Made by a program: the position numbers and the translations under genes. The notes beneath the pieces are model-generated. The model saw only the letters and a program-made list of their open reading frames with translations. It was not told the DNA's origin and did not search any database. Shown in pieces: positions 37,812 to 50,200 of a stretch of 64,000 nucleotides of DNA. The stretch is from Marsupella aquatica (lineage: Eukaryota > Plantae > Marchantiophyta), in contig OZ316894.1 of assembly GCA_973895155.1 (NCBI GenBank), positions 8,828,234 through 8,892,233 of the forward strand. The letters are read 5' to 3'. Numbering within the stretch: position 1 is the first letter of the stretch; every line of letters starts with the position of its first letter.

Positions 37812-40024
37812 GGTGAAAATCTATTATAGTAAGTAAAGCGATATAGGTAAGTTGTAGATACACGAAGGAGTCCTGACAATTACAGTGTTTGTGGACTGTG
37901 TGGGTGACAGTGTTGTATCCTGGTGCTATATTGACTCAGGCTTTGACTATTTCAATTTCCAAGCAATCTTTGAGTATCCATACTCTTCTTTCCATAGCAT
38001 CATGTGAAATACTGGAGTTGTTGACTAGTATTTCCAATCCTTACTTTGTTCTTCGGTAGTGAATGTTGTAGGTCTAATTTGCTGTTGGAGGCTGAATTGA
38101 TTTCCATAAGGGTGGCGATTAATAACTAGCAGCTGGAGTCTCTAATGGAAGACCATCAAGGAGGGTTGTTTTGAAAGTTAGCACCTACGCTGGGCCTGTC
38201 CTGAGTACAAAGATGCAAAGATCATCTTAGAACTAGCTTGGTGCTAGCATCAGACGTTGGCCATGCCGTTTTAGTTCTTGCGTTCATTTACTCTGAGACA
38301 GTTTTCTCACTGACTATGTTATCATTGTAATTTCTTTGGGAGGTCATGGGCATACTGATTTGAGCTACTGGAAGTATACACGTACTCCAAGGATCTAAAG
38401 CTTCTAGTGAATTTGAGCTCTGCTCCAACTTTAATTGAAACTTGACAACACACCTTGTAACAAAATATCTCCCTGAGAATGTGAATGCATATAATTTTAG
38501 GGACACTAAATATCTCTATGAGAACGTTTGAAGATGTAGCAGGCAACTATAGACAGTCATAAATAGCTCCCGTATCAACTGTAGTTTCCTTTGGTTATGC
38601 AAGTTAAGCTGAGAAAAAAGTTGAACTGCTACGAAAACCTCCCTTTGTTCTGTAAGCTATTTAAGCTAAGCTGAAAAAAGTTGAACTGCTACGGAAACCT
38701 CCTTTGTTCTGGAGACCCTGTTTTTTTATAGTTCTACCAAGACACTTGAAAGGTAATTATCGCGCAGTATTCATGCTTCTTGTGCATTGGGCGACTTCCC
38801 GAGAAAAAATATTTATTCACAGTATGAGGTTGAGCATGCCAACAATCGTCTGCCCAATTATCCGAGGGGTGTTCGTCCCATTCAAACTGAGAGCTCCAAT
38901 GCTTTCCAACAAAGGGGTGATGATGGTGCCCTCGTTCATCCTTTAATGGCCAACAACAACCCCTACGGTTATGAAGTCATATGCTCTTTGGAAGTGACTT
39001 CAAATGCTCTTCTCAGTTTTCCCGAGATGAAAGTATTGCTTCCTGTGCTTCTTTTCTGAGGAACTTTTAAACTTAACTTCTTCCAATTTTGGAGCGAGGA
39101 TGATTGTTGACGATCTCCAAATGCTCCTGGTCGCTCAGATGATATATGCAAGGTCATCAGAGGAAAGAATATTCTCAATCTCCTGCTATAGACACTCATA
39201 AATAGCTGGAGACAAATTTTCAGTTGGACTTTGACATTTTTTTTGTACCATCCTTCCCACTGGTGTAATTCTTTTAAGTACTTCACTATGCGAGATAAAT
39301 TTGATCTGGTTTACTTATACTTTGTCATAGAGTAGATTGCTTAGATACAAAAATTGAAGCCATCATGTTAGAAGGTCTGGAATGTTGGGTTCAACAAAGA
39401 AACTTGCAGAACTGTTCTTTCATTCATAACCCGATTCATAATTGCAAGACGTTGCTTCCGTCTGGACTACCTATATGTCTCTAAAACACGGGTTTGAACA
39501 TCAAATTGTTGGAGATCGTTAGTCAGAGAGATGCCCTTGTGTGTGGTAATGATCATATGAGCATCAGGATCGGAGTAAACATGAACCAGCACAAGCCAAA
39601 TAGGTTTCATTGTTGCTATAATAGAAAATTCAGCTGTCAAATGTGGCCACCATTCAAACGACGGATCTAATACAACAAAACAGGATTAATGGGTCCCTTG
39701 TCCTACACTTTACAAATTGTAGGACACTATACAAATTGGTGGCTTGGGCAAGCTAGTAGTGAACATATCTAAACCTATATAGCATTCTCCCCATGTACAT
39801 GCAGTGACCACTCCTGATCGATTCCACAATCCCGAATCTCTGCAGACTTGTGTTTCACAGTCTTGACAATATCTTAGAAAGCTCAGACAGTACCTGCAAG
39901 GTCATTCCATACAAATATTAGATTAGGGACGGTTCCAAGATTCTTTTCTCCTATAACCAGAATAGCACAACCAAACAAACACATTGTGGTACTAGATTAC
40001 CTGGAAGATGGCCTGAACAAGCAT

Positions 40025-41216
40025 TTAGTAGTCCCCAGCCCAGTCTCTGGCATGGCCCCTAGGGCCTATGACTTGTACATCCATATTTCTTCTTCGCCTG
40101 TGGATGAAATTAGTCAACAGTGCAGCAGAAGTGAACATTGTCTTGAATCTAGACCTGTGCAAATCCCACCTTTTCTATAGGCAGCGCCACTTCATTTTCA
40201 GCCCACCTATGCCCCATTCTACTTGTACACGGTAACCAGCATGCATTTTGTTAAATGTCCGCACTGGCCCAGGAGGTAATTGCATCACCCTAATCTTTGT
40301 CTTGCTGTAACCTCGTAGTATAAAATGTTCCATGCCTTTGTACCCGGAGTCTCCCAACATATACTCACAATACTCTGGAGTGTTAACAAATAGATCCCTG
40401 GAATTAGAATCCAACCAAGAGTTCTGGAGAATGGTACAATCATGGTACAAACCCGGGTATCCTGGATCAATGAAGATAAACAGCCCTTTATGATCAACCA
40501 CCACAGACGAATTCATGCAATACATTTTTTTCTCCCTTGAAAATACCTCCTATGTTGAGGATTTTCATATGGCCTCCTGATCTTTACAAGTGTACCGTCC
40601 ACTATCCCTATGCACCCAGGCAGTTGAGGAATCGCTTGGCCCAAAGCTCTCCTCTCTTCAATAGAAGGCCAACTTATCTCACCAGATATTGCCTCATTCA
40701 CACACGTTGCCACGAAAAGAGCATCATCACAAACTGCTGCTCTACACCAGTTCCATCGGCTGGCATCAAAGTTAACAGTGTTGTCATGTTTCAAATAAAG
40801 GATGAAGCTCATCAATCTTTGCTCAGGAGAAAGCTTACATGGGCGACCAGAAACGGTATGGAGTCTTCCTGTTGATCTTGCAATAGACTGAATGGTTGGA
40901 CACACCAACAACAAAGCTCTTCAAATTCCTGAACTGTAAAATTTGTAATGTCCTTGAACTGCTGGGAATGTTCGATGTGCCTCCCTAACAGGTCATTCAC
41001 AGGTAGATTGTGAATGACTGAGCTCTGGTTCTCCCGAGATAGCTCAATTGGCTCAAATGACTCAATTATTGTGAGGTATGCTTTCATGGCTGTCACCATA
41101 ATGAGAATGAGGTCAATCTCCAGGTCAAGTGATGATTCATCATCATCAGTGTTATTGTCACTACTGTCGTCAACCCTATCATAAATTGTGTAACCTTCAT
41201 ACCGTCCTTCTTCCAT
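40025..41216 (-). pseudogene. Harbinger/HARBI1-type DDE transposase (DDE_Tnp_4-like) with two frameshifts and one premature stop
   Basis: FKDITNFTVQEFEELC; KLSPEQRL..F..YLKH; PGCIGIVDGTLV; YFQGRKK/MYCMN; GLYHDCTIL; MLGDSGY; FNKMHAGYRVQVEWGIGGLKMKWR. It continues past TAG (40177-40175) as KRWDLHRSRFKTMFTSAALLTNFIHRRRR...WAGDY* ending at 40025. Confidence 0.93.
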
Positions 41217-43529
41217 GGAGACTTTCAATGTGCCACGATTCCCTTAGAGCCACTGCAAAAGAGATAGAGGTAGTTAGATTCAGGATTGTATGACACAGTT
41301 CAGCTCAACAAAGCTACTGTTTTGGTGCAACTATGTATTGGAAGAAGGAGCTCAGAAGAAATAAGGCAGCAGAAATAGCCGCGAATGATGAAGCGCTTGC
41401 CACAAGTAAACTTGCACTGGGAGAGCTTCTTCATTCTCTTGGCTGCTTGTTAGACCAACATATCTGGGGGTCCCGACTGCCTCAGAGAGAACTATAGGAG
41501 TCATCATTGCAGAGAACATTCAAAGATCACTGAATGTTTTAAAAGCCCATGCATAGACAGAGTGTTGTAAAGCTAAGATTTCTATGCTGAAATTTGACAC
41601 ATTGCTTCAACCAAATGTAGCAGCAAACGAAAGCGAGACAAGAGAGTGCTAGTACAACCAATATTTCTTTGCAAGAGCCTAGGAAAATGCTTTGACAAAT
41701 TAAAGTTGCAAACAACTTGAACAAATGAGAGACATAATGTTAAATGGCAGAGCTAAGATCATTGCGCGGAGCTTCCACAAAGTGCTTCAACGTACTGTGG
41801 GTGTGAATGAAAACGAGTGCTCCCAAAGACTGAGTGAGAGAACACAGAGGACAATGAGAGGGAATGCCAACACTACAACGAGAAGTAATTGATTCAAATC
41901 AACAAACTACAAAATGAGAAAAGGGAAAAGGGAAAATCACATCAAAGGGTCCTATGGAGACTAATCATATGCCACAGGCTTGAATTGCGTAATTGCGGAG
42001 AAAGAAATTTACTCTAACTCACACTTATGAAGCTAGTACGCGGCTCTAATGGGCGTCACTACGGATCTGCACCTCAGAGGCAATGACTTCTTGATCAAAT
42101 GCATGTAGTGCTTTCGGCATTGCATTCCTGATCTTTGGGAAAAAGCGTGAAGAAGGTCCTGCTTTCGATCTAAGCTGTCCAGTTGTTTAGTACATGTGGT
42201 GCTCCCTGAGCATTCAGAAAATGTGGTGCTTGCATTCCCTGAACACACCTCGCCTAATGTGGTGCGCGCAGATTCATTGGGTGAGCGCCTCGTACAAATA
42301 TGCTTGCCCTCGTAGAAAAATGAGTTTCTGCCGTTTCAATGTGCAGTTTTTGATATGATCCTTTCGTACCCCTTGACACTGTAACCGTGGTGGTGATCAG
42401 GGTAAACAAAGGTTAGTCTAAAGCTGTAGCGTGATGACACATGTCTGCCTACATTTGACTCCAGTAAAGTTTGAGTTTAACTCAACCACTTTGTTAAAGA
42501 TGAGTGACTTTATGGATATCCAGGTTTCGACCATGGTTTCTTGTTAACCAAGTTTGAAAGATGTATGACTTTAAAGATATCTCTATTGCAACAGCAAAAT
42601 TTAGGGAGTCTCAAAGTGCATACTTTGCCACTCCTTTTAGTCTAATTATTATTTGCCACTCCTTTTAGTCTAATTATTGACTGGAAGGATGTTGATCATT
42701 GGATCATTCCAAACTAACCAAATTTACTTTTCTTAACCAATGGTGGAAAAAGGTGCCCCCCCCCCCCTCTTTAAAAAAACAAAACAAATTTCCCCTCTTC
42801 TGGAAAATGCCTTGTGCTCTCTCTTAAACATTATTATGCAAGAATATACTCAATAGAACATCCATCTTACCTCCACCTCAATTTTATGGATCTCAAGTAT
42901 AATCCATGTAATGGAGAAGGATGGATAAGGAAAACTTACCTACCACTGTGAATTCACTTCATATTTACAGACCCCACTAGAGGTCACTTCCAAAATTCGA
43001 GACTCCACAACACGCCACATCATCGAGACACGCTGCAAACAGGTACAGATTGGTTTACAAATTAAAATTGCTTCAACATTCGTGTCCGTGGCATGATTTT
43101 GGTGAAATTGAGGATGCCATGCCGTAAACCTTGATGTAAAAATGTTTGAAAAATAACCATTTTATTTACCCTAGGTAACAGATTGTTCAATTAGTAGGAG
43201 GCCCACCTTCCGTTTTTTACCCTGAGTAACCACTGCCCACCCGCATTCTGAATTGTGTTTCAATTGAATAATAACGTACTAAATCTCTCTCCGCAAGTTG
43301 ATCTGATGACAAAGTAATCGTGACAATTTTCTCGACCTTCTGCTGCCACGAAGGAAGAAGTGGACATGATTCTATGTTGATCACTCAACACTCCTTTCCA
43401 TGGCGTCATCATTGCAGTTTTTAACTCGGTGATGCCTCTCACTACTGTTAGATTGTCCAACGCATGAGGCACGAGTGAACGAAAGAGAAGCAAGCTTAGC
43501 AGGGTTCAATAAGGGCCTAGTCTACGTGC

Positions 43530-43657
43530 AGATGGTGTTGAAGAGCCTGGGCATGAAAGAAGGACATAGTTATAAGAAGTGTTGGCAGATGATCAAGGGA
43601 GTCGATGCGGACGGTAATGGGAAGGTGGACTTTCAGGAGTTCAAGGAGATGATGTAG
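43530..43657 (+). pseudogene. Calmodulin-like (CML) gene fragment, C-terminal EF-hand only
   Basis: VLKSLGMKEGHSYKKCWQMIKGVDADGNGKVDFQEFKEMM has a canonical EF-hand loop DADGNGKVDFQE and a CML-type linker. No upstream EF-hands were seen. Confidence 0.8.
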
Positions 43658-44888
43658 TCTGAAGCTTTCCGTTAATAGGGGGTCCACGATCTAATTGTTA
43701 AATAGAAGTTCCAAACCCTTGTGATAGGAACCAAACTGCACAAGGAGACAAATTGGAAGGAAATACACAAGGCATAGTATTGGTTGTTAAATATGACTTA
43801 ACCTAGTTTGGTACAAGATCTATCCTTGTTAACCAAAACTGAGTCACCGTAGTTGGTAAAAATTACCTGGATTCACATTATCTAACTACCCTCACTATCT
43901 ATGGAGGCCCTGTCATGCAGACCAATTAGAAGATTGAAGCCACATTTATTATTGAGTATCTTTACAGGCAAGCACCCGGTCAGTACTGTAGGGGCCTTGC
44001 TCTACCTCCACCTTCTCAATCGTACAGTCCTTCACCTCTTTTATGGAGTCTCTCTATATGTGTCACCTTCATGGACTTACACTTCTACTGGTACAATTTC
44101 TCTTTCAGTTTTTTAAAAATTACTTAGAATCGAAAATGACACTACATGGGTTTACACTCTACACCTAGCTTGAAAATCTAGCTTTGTATAACACTTTGTA
44201 GTCTAGATGTTGTAGAGCCCAGGCCCACCAGGAATAATGTAAACTATAATTCAAAGTTCTGACTGAGGTTGACTTCAGTTCATTTGTATGGCCAGACAGA
44301 ATTCCACAGTCATGTCAGCTCAAGGAAATGGGAGCTAGGATGGACACAAAAGTTTGACAATGCTACTAGGATGGACACACCAACCTTACAATGTCACCAT
44401 ACTCCATGAATCTGACACTGTCTTATATGAACTGTAAGAAATTATATACATGGGAATGATGGTAATAAAGGGTTTGATTCCTTCACTTGAATGAGGACAG
44501 AGGCTGGGGCGTCAAATGCACGTTACATCCTATTTGGAAGAAAGAATACAATGGGTTAAATCCAAGTAAATTATTTGACATGTCTATCCTAATATCACCT
44601 CAAACTATCGTGTCCACTTGAGCTTCCACTTCCAATATGTGCACTTTACTTAGAATGTTACAGAGCCTATACCAATATATAAATAATAATGCACCAAGGG
44701 GCTGGCGCACTTATCTGGGTTCTGTAACAATATCTTTAAACTAGAATTCAAAGTTTGACAAAGTCTGACTTGAATTTAATGGAGAGGCCAGCAGAGTTTG
44801 AAAAATTCATGTCAGCTGAAGTCGAGACTTTGCGTTCACAAGTTCGCACGACGCGTTTTCTGACTATTCTCACGTATACATGCGACTT

Positions 44889-45432
44889 AATTGGTCTTTT
44901 CCCCGTACGTAGTTTCATGGAGATCAGTTCCTTACTGGCCATGTCTGTCTATGGCATTGGGATTGAGGCTCTAAAGTCTGCCTGAGAAGAGAGAACTATT
45001 CGCACCTTTCCATTGCAAAAAGAAAGAGGGGAAAAGAAAACTCACACAATACCACCACCGTCCTTTACTTATAATGTACCTGGTCTTTTCCCGTACATAC
45101 TTTCATGCAAATCATCTCCTCAATTCCTTACTGGCATTCATGGCATTGGGATTGAGGTGAGGCTCTAAAGTCTGTCTGAGAGGAGAGAACTGTCTGGACC
45201 GTTCAATTCAATTCATGTATATTTTTCCATTCAAAAAACAAACAGAAAATAAGACAACTTAGTAGTCAATATCGCCACCGTCCTTTGTTACTGTATTCTC
45301 GATGCCAATGTAATTGGTCTTTTCCCGTACATACTTTCAGGCAGATCATCTCCTTACAGCCATTCCTGTCAATGACATTGGGATTGAGGCTCTAAAGTTG
45401 GGATTGAGGCTTGAAGTTTGCCTGACAAGAGA
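44889..45432. repeat. Three ~200-230-bp degenerate tandem repeats, plus a partial copy near 46120-46175
   Basis: tggtcttttcccgtacatactttca...ggcattgggattgaggctctaaagt recurs near 44892, 45081 and 45315. Confidence 0.85.
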
Positions 45433-46659
45433 GTTAAGTCCACCATGAATAAAATGTACCGTCTATGCTTTAAGGTGCAGGTTGGACATGTAATCCTCTA
45501 GGCAATTTCTTGAATTTGGGTCTTGGTACACATCAAAATATGACAGATATAATGTATGATACCCCATACCCTCGTAACCCTAGGTTTTATTTTTCAATCA
45601 ATGAATACAGCCATATTTTGATTTGTGATTACTAGCAGGGAATTTTCTTTGAATGTATTTATGCACCCAAAAATGTAGTTGCATAAGTGTAGGTGCACCC
45701 TCACTGAAAGACAAATACTGGCACTGACAGACACATACATAAGTGCATTTTCATCAAAAAGTGTATACACACGTTTATATGATAACTGCAAGGCATAGAT
45801 GAGTAGTATTTTCTAACAAGTACAGTATATATTATATGCATGCACTTATCCAGGTAAATCATGCACTATGAGAGCTGAAGCTATTCAGGTGTATGTGACC
45901 TCTCCACACATATAAGGAAAGTGCATAAGTAATTTTCATTGCACTTAATTGGGTAGTGCACCTATGCACATTAGGAGAAGATCATATCATATATCATATA
46001 CCCTTACAACATAGACCCTACCATGAATAAGTGCAAGTTTGAGGCGTTTTAGTGGGAACCTGCACTTAGACACGGTAGAGTATATATAAAGATTCTGACC
46101 TTTCCCTTCAAGAACGAATGAGAGAACTTATTAGTCAATATCGTCACCGTCCTTTACTACTGTATTCTCTTGATAATATACTCTGTCATAATGGATGAAG
46201 TTGAGTCGTACTGGTCAGCGAATGAACGAGATTCTCGTCCTCCTGCCTCATGTTAAATGCCAACCTGAAAGCTCTTTTGTAAACCAAAGTGTTTGCCTGT
46301 GTTTACTCACAAGATAATTTTAACATTCCTTCAAGACAAAAGAATAAATAAAATGTTGTCAATGACTTGCACTGTCGGCACATTTAAATTTGACTTCTGG
46401 CGAAGAGTACGTCACATAACGTACATTCCAGTGTCCAGTAATGTGACATCATCTGACACTGTCAGCGTAGGAACCAAAACCTCTTTCCCTGAATACTTGG
46501 GCACGTGTTGGTGCCCCAGGAGTACAACAAAACAATTAAGAATAATGAATCCCACATAGGTTTTAATTAGTTATAGGAGAGTCTGGTTTAACTTGACGGG
46601 CAACTTGATATCTTATCGGGCACGTAAAATCATCAAAAACCGGAAGGTTTATGCATATT

Positions 46660-46970
46660 CGTCGAGATTCTCCCGAACTCGCCCAGACCCCCCGGACCAG
46701 CCCCCCCTTCCCCCCAACCCCGGCCTGGACCTCTCCCGAACTCGGGCCGGACCCTTCCCGACCTCCCACCGGACCCCCCCGAACAATTCCCGGACTCCCC
46801 CGGACACTTCTTGGACCTTTCCCAAATCCGGCTCCCCCCACACCCGGACCGGCTCCCCCGAACCGCCCCCCCGACCCCGGCCCGGACCTCTCCCAAACTC
46901 GGCCTGAACCCAGCCCGAACCTCTCCCAAACTTGTCCCGGCCCGGCCCGGCCTGCTCCCAAAACCGGGTG
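46660..46970. repeat. C-rich, strand-asymmetric short repeat array (ccggacctctcccgaactcgg-like units), probably TE-derived
   Basis: Repeated ccggac/cccgaac units bracketed by a direct repeat ttgacgggcaa at 46593 and 47005. Confidence 0.6.
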
Positions 46971-47103
46971 CTGGGTTGTCGTTTGCCGGAGTTTTTGGGC
47001 CAGTTTGACGGGCAAGGTCAAGCCAGGTAGGAGAGTGACAACAAAATTTCCTTACATGGGTTTTGGTTTTTTGTTGGAGTAAATCTTGATGGCTTCCCCC
47101 TTA

Positions 47104-47281
47104 GTCTAGATTATGATCGTGCGTTAAATTTATGTCAGCCGTACAAACAGAACATAAACCAACACACATGTGGTTCAAATCATTTGATTTGTAGATCACA
47201 AATATGGTGTATTGGTTTATGTTCTGGTGTACGGAGCGCATTAACTTGACGCTGATTTAACACGCGGTTAGATTATGGACC
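47104..47281. repeat. ~180-bp imperfect fold-back (degenerate MITE or hairpin)
   Basis: ccgtacaaacagaacataaaccaa (47139) pairs with ttggtttatgttctggtgtacgg (47212). The outer arms gcgttaaat/atttaacacgc also pair. Confidence 0.7.
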
Positions 47282-50200
47282 TAAAGCACTTGTGCACGGT
47301 TGCCCTTTGCCCGAGCAAGTTTGACAGGAGAAGCATGGCTACTTGACGGTGCAAAGCCTAATGAGGATTACACGAAGTGGGAGTACACAAGCTGCAAGGT
47401 TTAAATGCGCTAGTTGCACCCAGATTGTTTAATGCAAACCCCACCCAAATGGGGTAAACTCAAAGCCTATGGTCTCAACCTTATGAAGCTCAGGCAGTGG
47501 GAGGAGCGAGTCTGGCAGGGACATCCTTTATGTACTTACATCTGGTTGTCCAGCTGCTTGGTATGATTACCCTTCCCTCCACCCGCCCCGCTCCCCACTC
47601 ACAAAAACAAATCTTCCTTGCAGGTGTCTCTTTTAGAAAAATGTGTTGAAAGTGAGGAGTGATGGAATAGTGAGGCACACTTTCATCTAGTAGTCATGGT
47701 GGCATGTTAAAATTCCATCCGTGGATTTTTGTGAAAAGGGGATTGAAGTATAATTGTCGCACCTTAGATATCTAGAAGAGCGTGAAGGCTACTACGGCTG
47801 AACTATATACTGGGGACCTGCTAATGGACTCAAATGCTGAAACCATTCTCCACAGATTGTTCTGTTTCTTGTAGAAAAAGAACAGATTGCCTCTTTTTTC
47901 CTCATTACATAGTAAATGAAATGGAAATAAACCCTAAAATTAAGCTTTCCTTGTAGCTCAAGAAATTCATCAACTTGCATCATTTGCATAAATTGCACAG
48001 ATCGACTAATTGGAGGCCACTGATTTTCTCCTTCCCAATCCAAATGGCATTGACACTGATTATTTGCAGACCCCTCACTCATGTGAGTGGAAATGGCTTT
48101 GCAACAAGGAATGTTCAAGGTGCTTATCCCCAACCCCAATGTCCAGGATTTGGGAAGTAGTAATGGCAGTGAAGTACTTTCTGCTTCCATGCTAGTAATA
48201 TACTCCCCCACCTTATCAATTGGCAGTTCTTGCAGAAGCTCCTTGTGAGTTGTTATTTTGTGTTTATACTAATTTCTCTTTGCCACAAGTTTTCATTTTC
48301 AGCATGATCCTAAGTTAGCTTTCCTAGACGTTGGGGGCCATGAAAGGTTTCCCAAAACTCATTAATTTGGTACACTTAGTATCTGAAATGGTCCTCCAAG
48401 TAGATTTAGGGGGGCAAGCCTGAAAGTAGCAATGGACCAAAGGGACGGAAGGGAAAACCACCACAGGAGGTGTTCTAACACTTTGGCCAAACAAGCCATA
48501 CACGTTGGCCAAAAATGGGTCCTACAAGGGCCATACAGGATAGGGAGTCAGATATGGGAAACGGGCCTCCACAATCTTTTAAAGTCAAGTTCACACAAAT
48601 GCACAGCTAAGATTCTCAGAGATGGGAAAAAATCGGAAACGGCCCCCTCGGTCTTGTACAGCCCCCTTCTTAGTAAAATAGTTCACAAGTGCCCAGAGTC
48701 TCGTCAAGCCATCCTTAGAAAGCTTCTATTCAAAATCTATTAATAAGATGGTATTCTTTTTTGGTATTGGTTTAGGCAACTTCCAATATCTCTGGAACAG
48801 TTGCCCATGTGCCAGGTGACCTACTGTAGAGCTTGCCAGGTCTGAGCCATCAAACCCAACCACTTTTAGTCTGATTCTTAAATACTGTTGTGAACTGCAA
48901 TACTGTTCCTGAAATTACTGTTGAAATGATAAGCAAGAGTTCTTATTAGGAATTAGGATGTCAGTCCTCATAGACTTCTTTATATTATAAGCAACTTGAG
49001 GCCCTAACGGATTCTTGTTTAAAGTCATTGATGAGCAAGTATGACAAATCACCTAATCTAGGTGGTACTTTAGGGATATTGTACTTCAGTTTCCTCATAA
49101 GCTGGGATACCATATTCAATCCCCTTTTTCTGTCAACAGTTTCATTTTTCCATTGTTTTGTAAAGGTCTCTCTCCAACTTACTGCTGTTAAGTAATCTAG
49201 GTGAAACAATTCGATGCCCCTATCAAGCTGCTGAGCTTCTCCTTCAAGGCAGAAGCAAAGAAGTGGTACCAAAAAGAAAGAAGGTCGGACCAAAGGGGTG
49301 TGACATTTGGATGAAGCAATGCAGTTGGATTACCAGACGAACTGCTGGATCTGGTGTACCCACCATGAACAAATTTACCTGCAAGGACTGTCATGGGGAA
49401 ACCGTTTTCTTAGCAACTGTGGACCCAACCTAACTAATAGATTGCTAGAGTAGTGATGCTTATTGAGTGAAAGCCACAAGATCATTCGCACCCAGCCTGG
49501 ACGCAACCCAGAGGATTCCTTTGGTGGAGCGTGTGTTTTGTATATACTAGTGTCCTGTTCTATATGGATGAAACTTTTTTGTTTTATATCTTACAGGACA
49601 TTGTGGAATATAATGCTCCAAAAACCAAGATTTTTGAGTTTTGAGGGACTATTATTCCGCCAAAATGGTTCATCCTCCCTTTACAAACTTTCGTTTAAAG
49701 GGAATCTATGAAAGCCTTCAAATTTATTCTCTGAGGTTCTTGGGTCCTGCGATTATGGGAAAACGAGCAGGCTATCAACTAAATCAAATGTATAGGAATA
49801 CATCTATAGTGTTAGGAGTACAGGGACTCTTAAACTTTCTCGCTTTTGCCCGTGCTTTTCCCCCCTTTATTGGGCTTTTGGCCTTTGGCTATCTCGAGGT
49901 AAAGCCTTTTTCTTGCTTTGCAGTTCTATAGGTTAAAAAATCAGTTAAATAAACAACATAATCCAAGGTCAGATTTTGGCAAAAGTTGACCAACGGAAGA
50001 AATGCTGCCAAGGAGAAATCAGGCTTTTACATTTCTCATTTCCCAGGGAAAGGCAGTGGAGTACAACCATCCATCGAGGCCCTTTCCCCTCTTTTCCTTC
50101 CCTTCATTGGGTTACTTTGCCTTCGTTTTTTGGTGCATTCTGTTAGGGAGTTGAGGAGAGAAAATAGATGGGGTCCACCTAATATCAAGTAACAAATATT

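Larger units (their letters stand above)
34965..42584. mobile_element. Full-length (7620 bp) PIF/Harbinger-superfamily DNA transposon with two convergent genes, now degenerate
   Basis: Left TIR AGAGATATCTGTAAAGT (34965) and right ACTTTAAAGATATCTCT (ending 42584) differ by 1 of 17 bases. Both flanks are ATT (34962-64 and 42585-87). Subterminal inverted motif aaccatggtcga/tcgaccatggtt. Contains a DDE transposase (minus) and a Myb/SANT-like gene (plus). Confidence 0.9.

Noticed and set aside
46563-47082. Gly-rich and Pro-rich ORFs resembling extensin or glycine-rich proteins
   Set aside because: Nearly all frames are open because the C-rich repeat lacks stop codons; no gene context.
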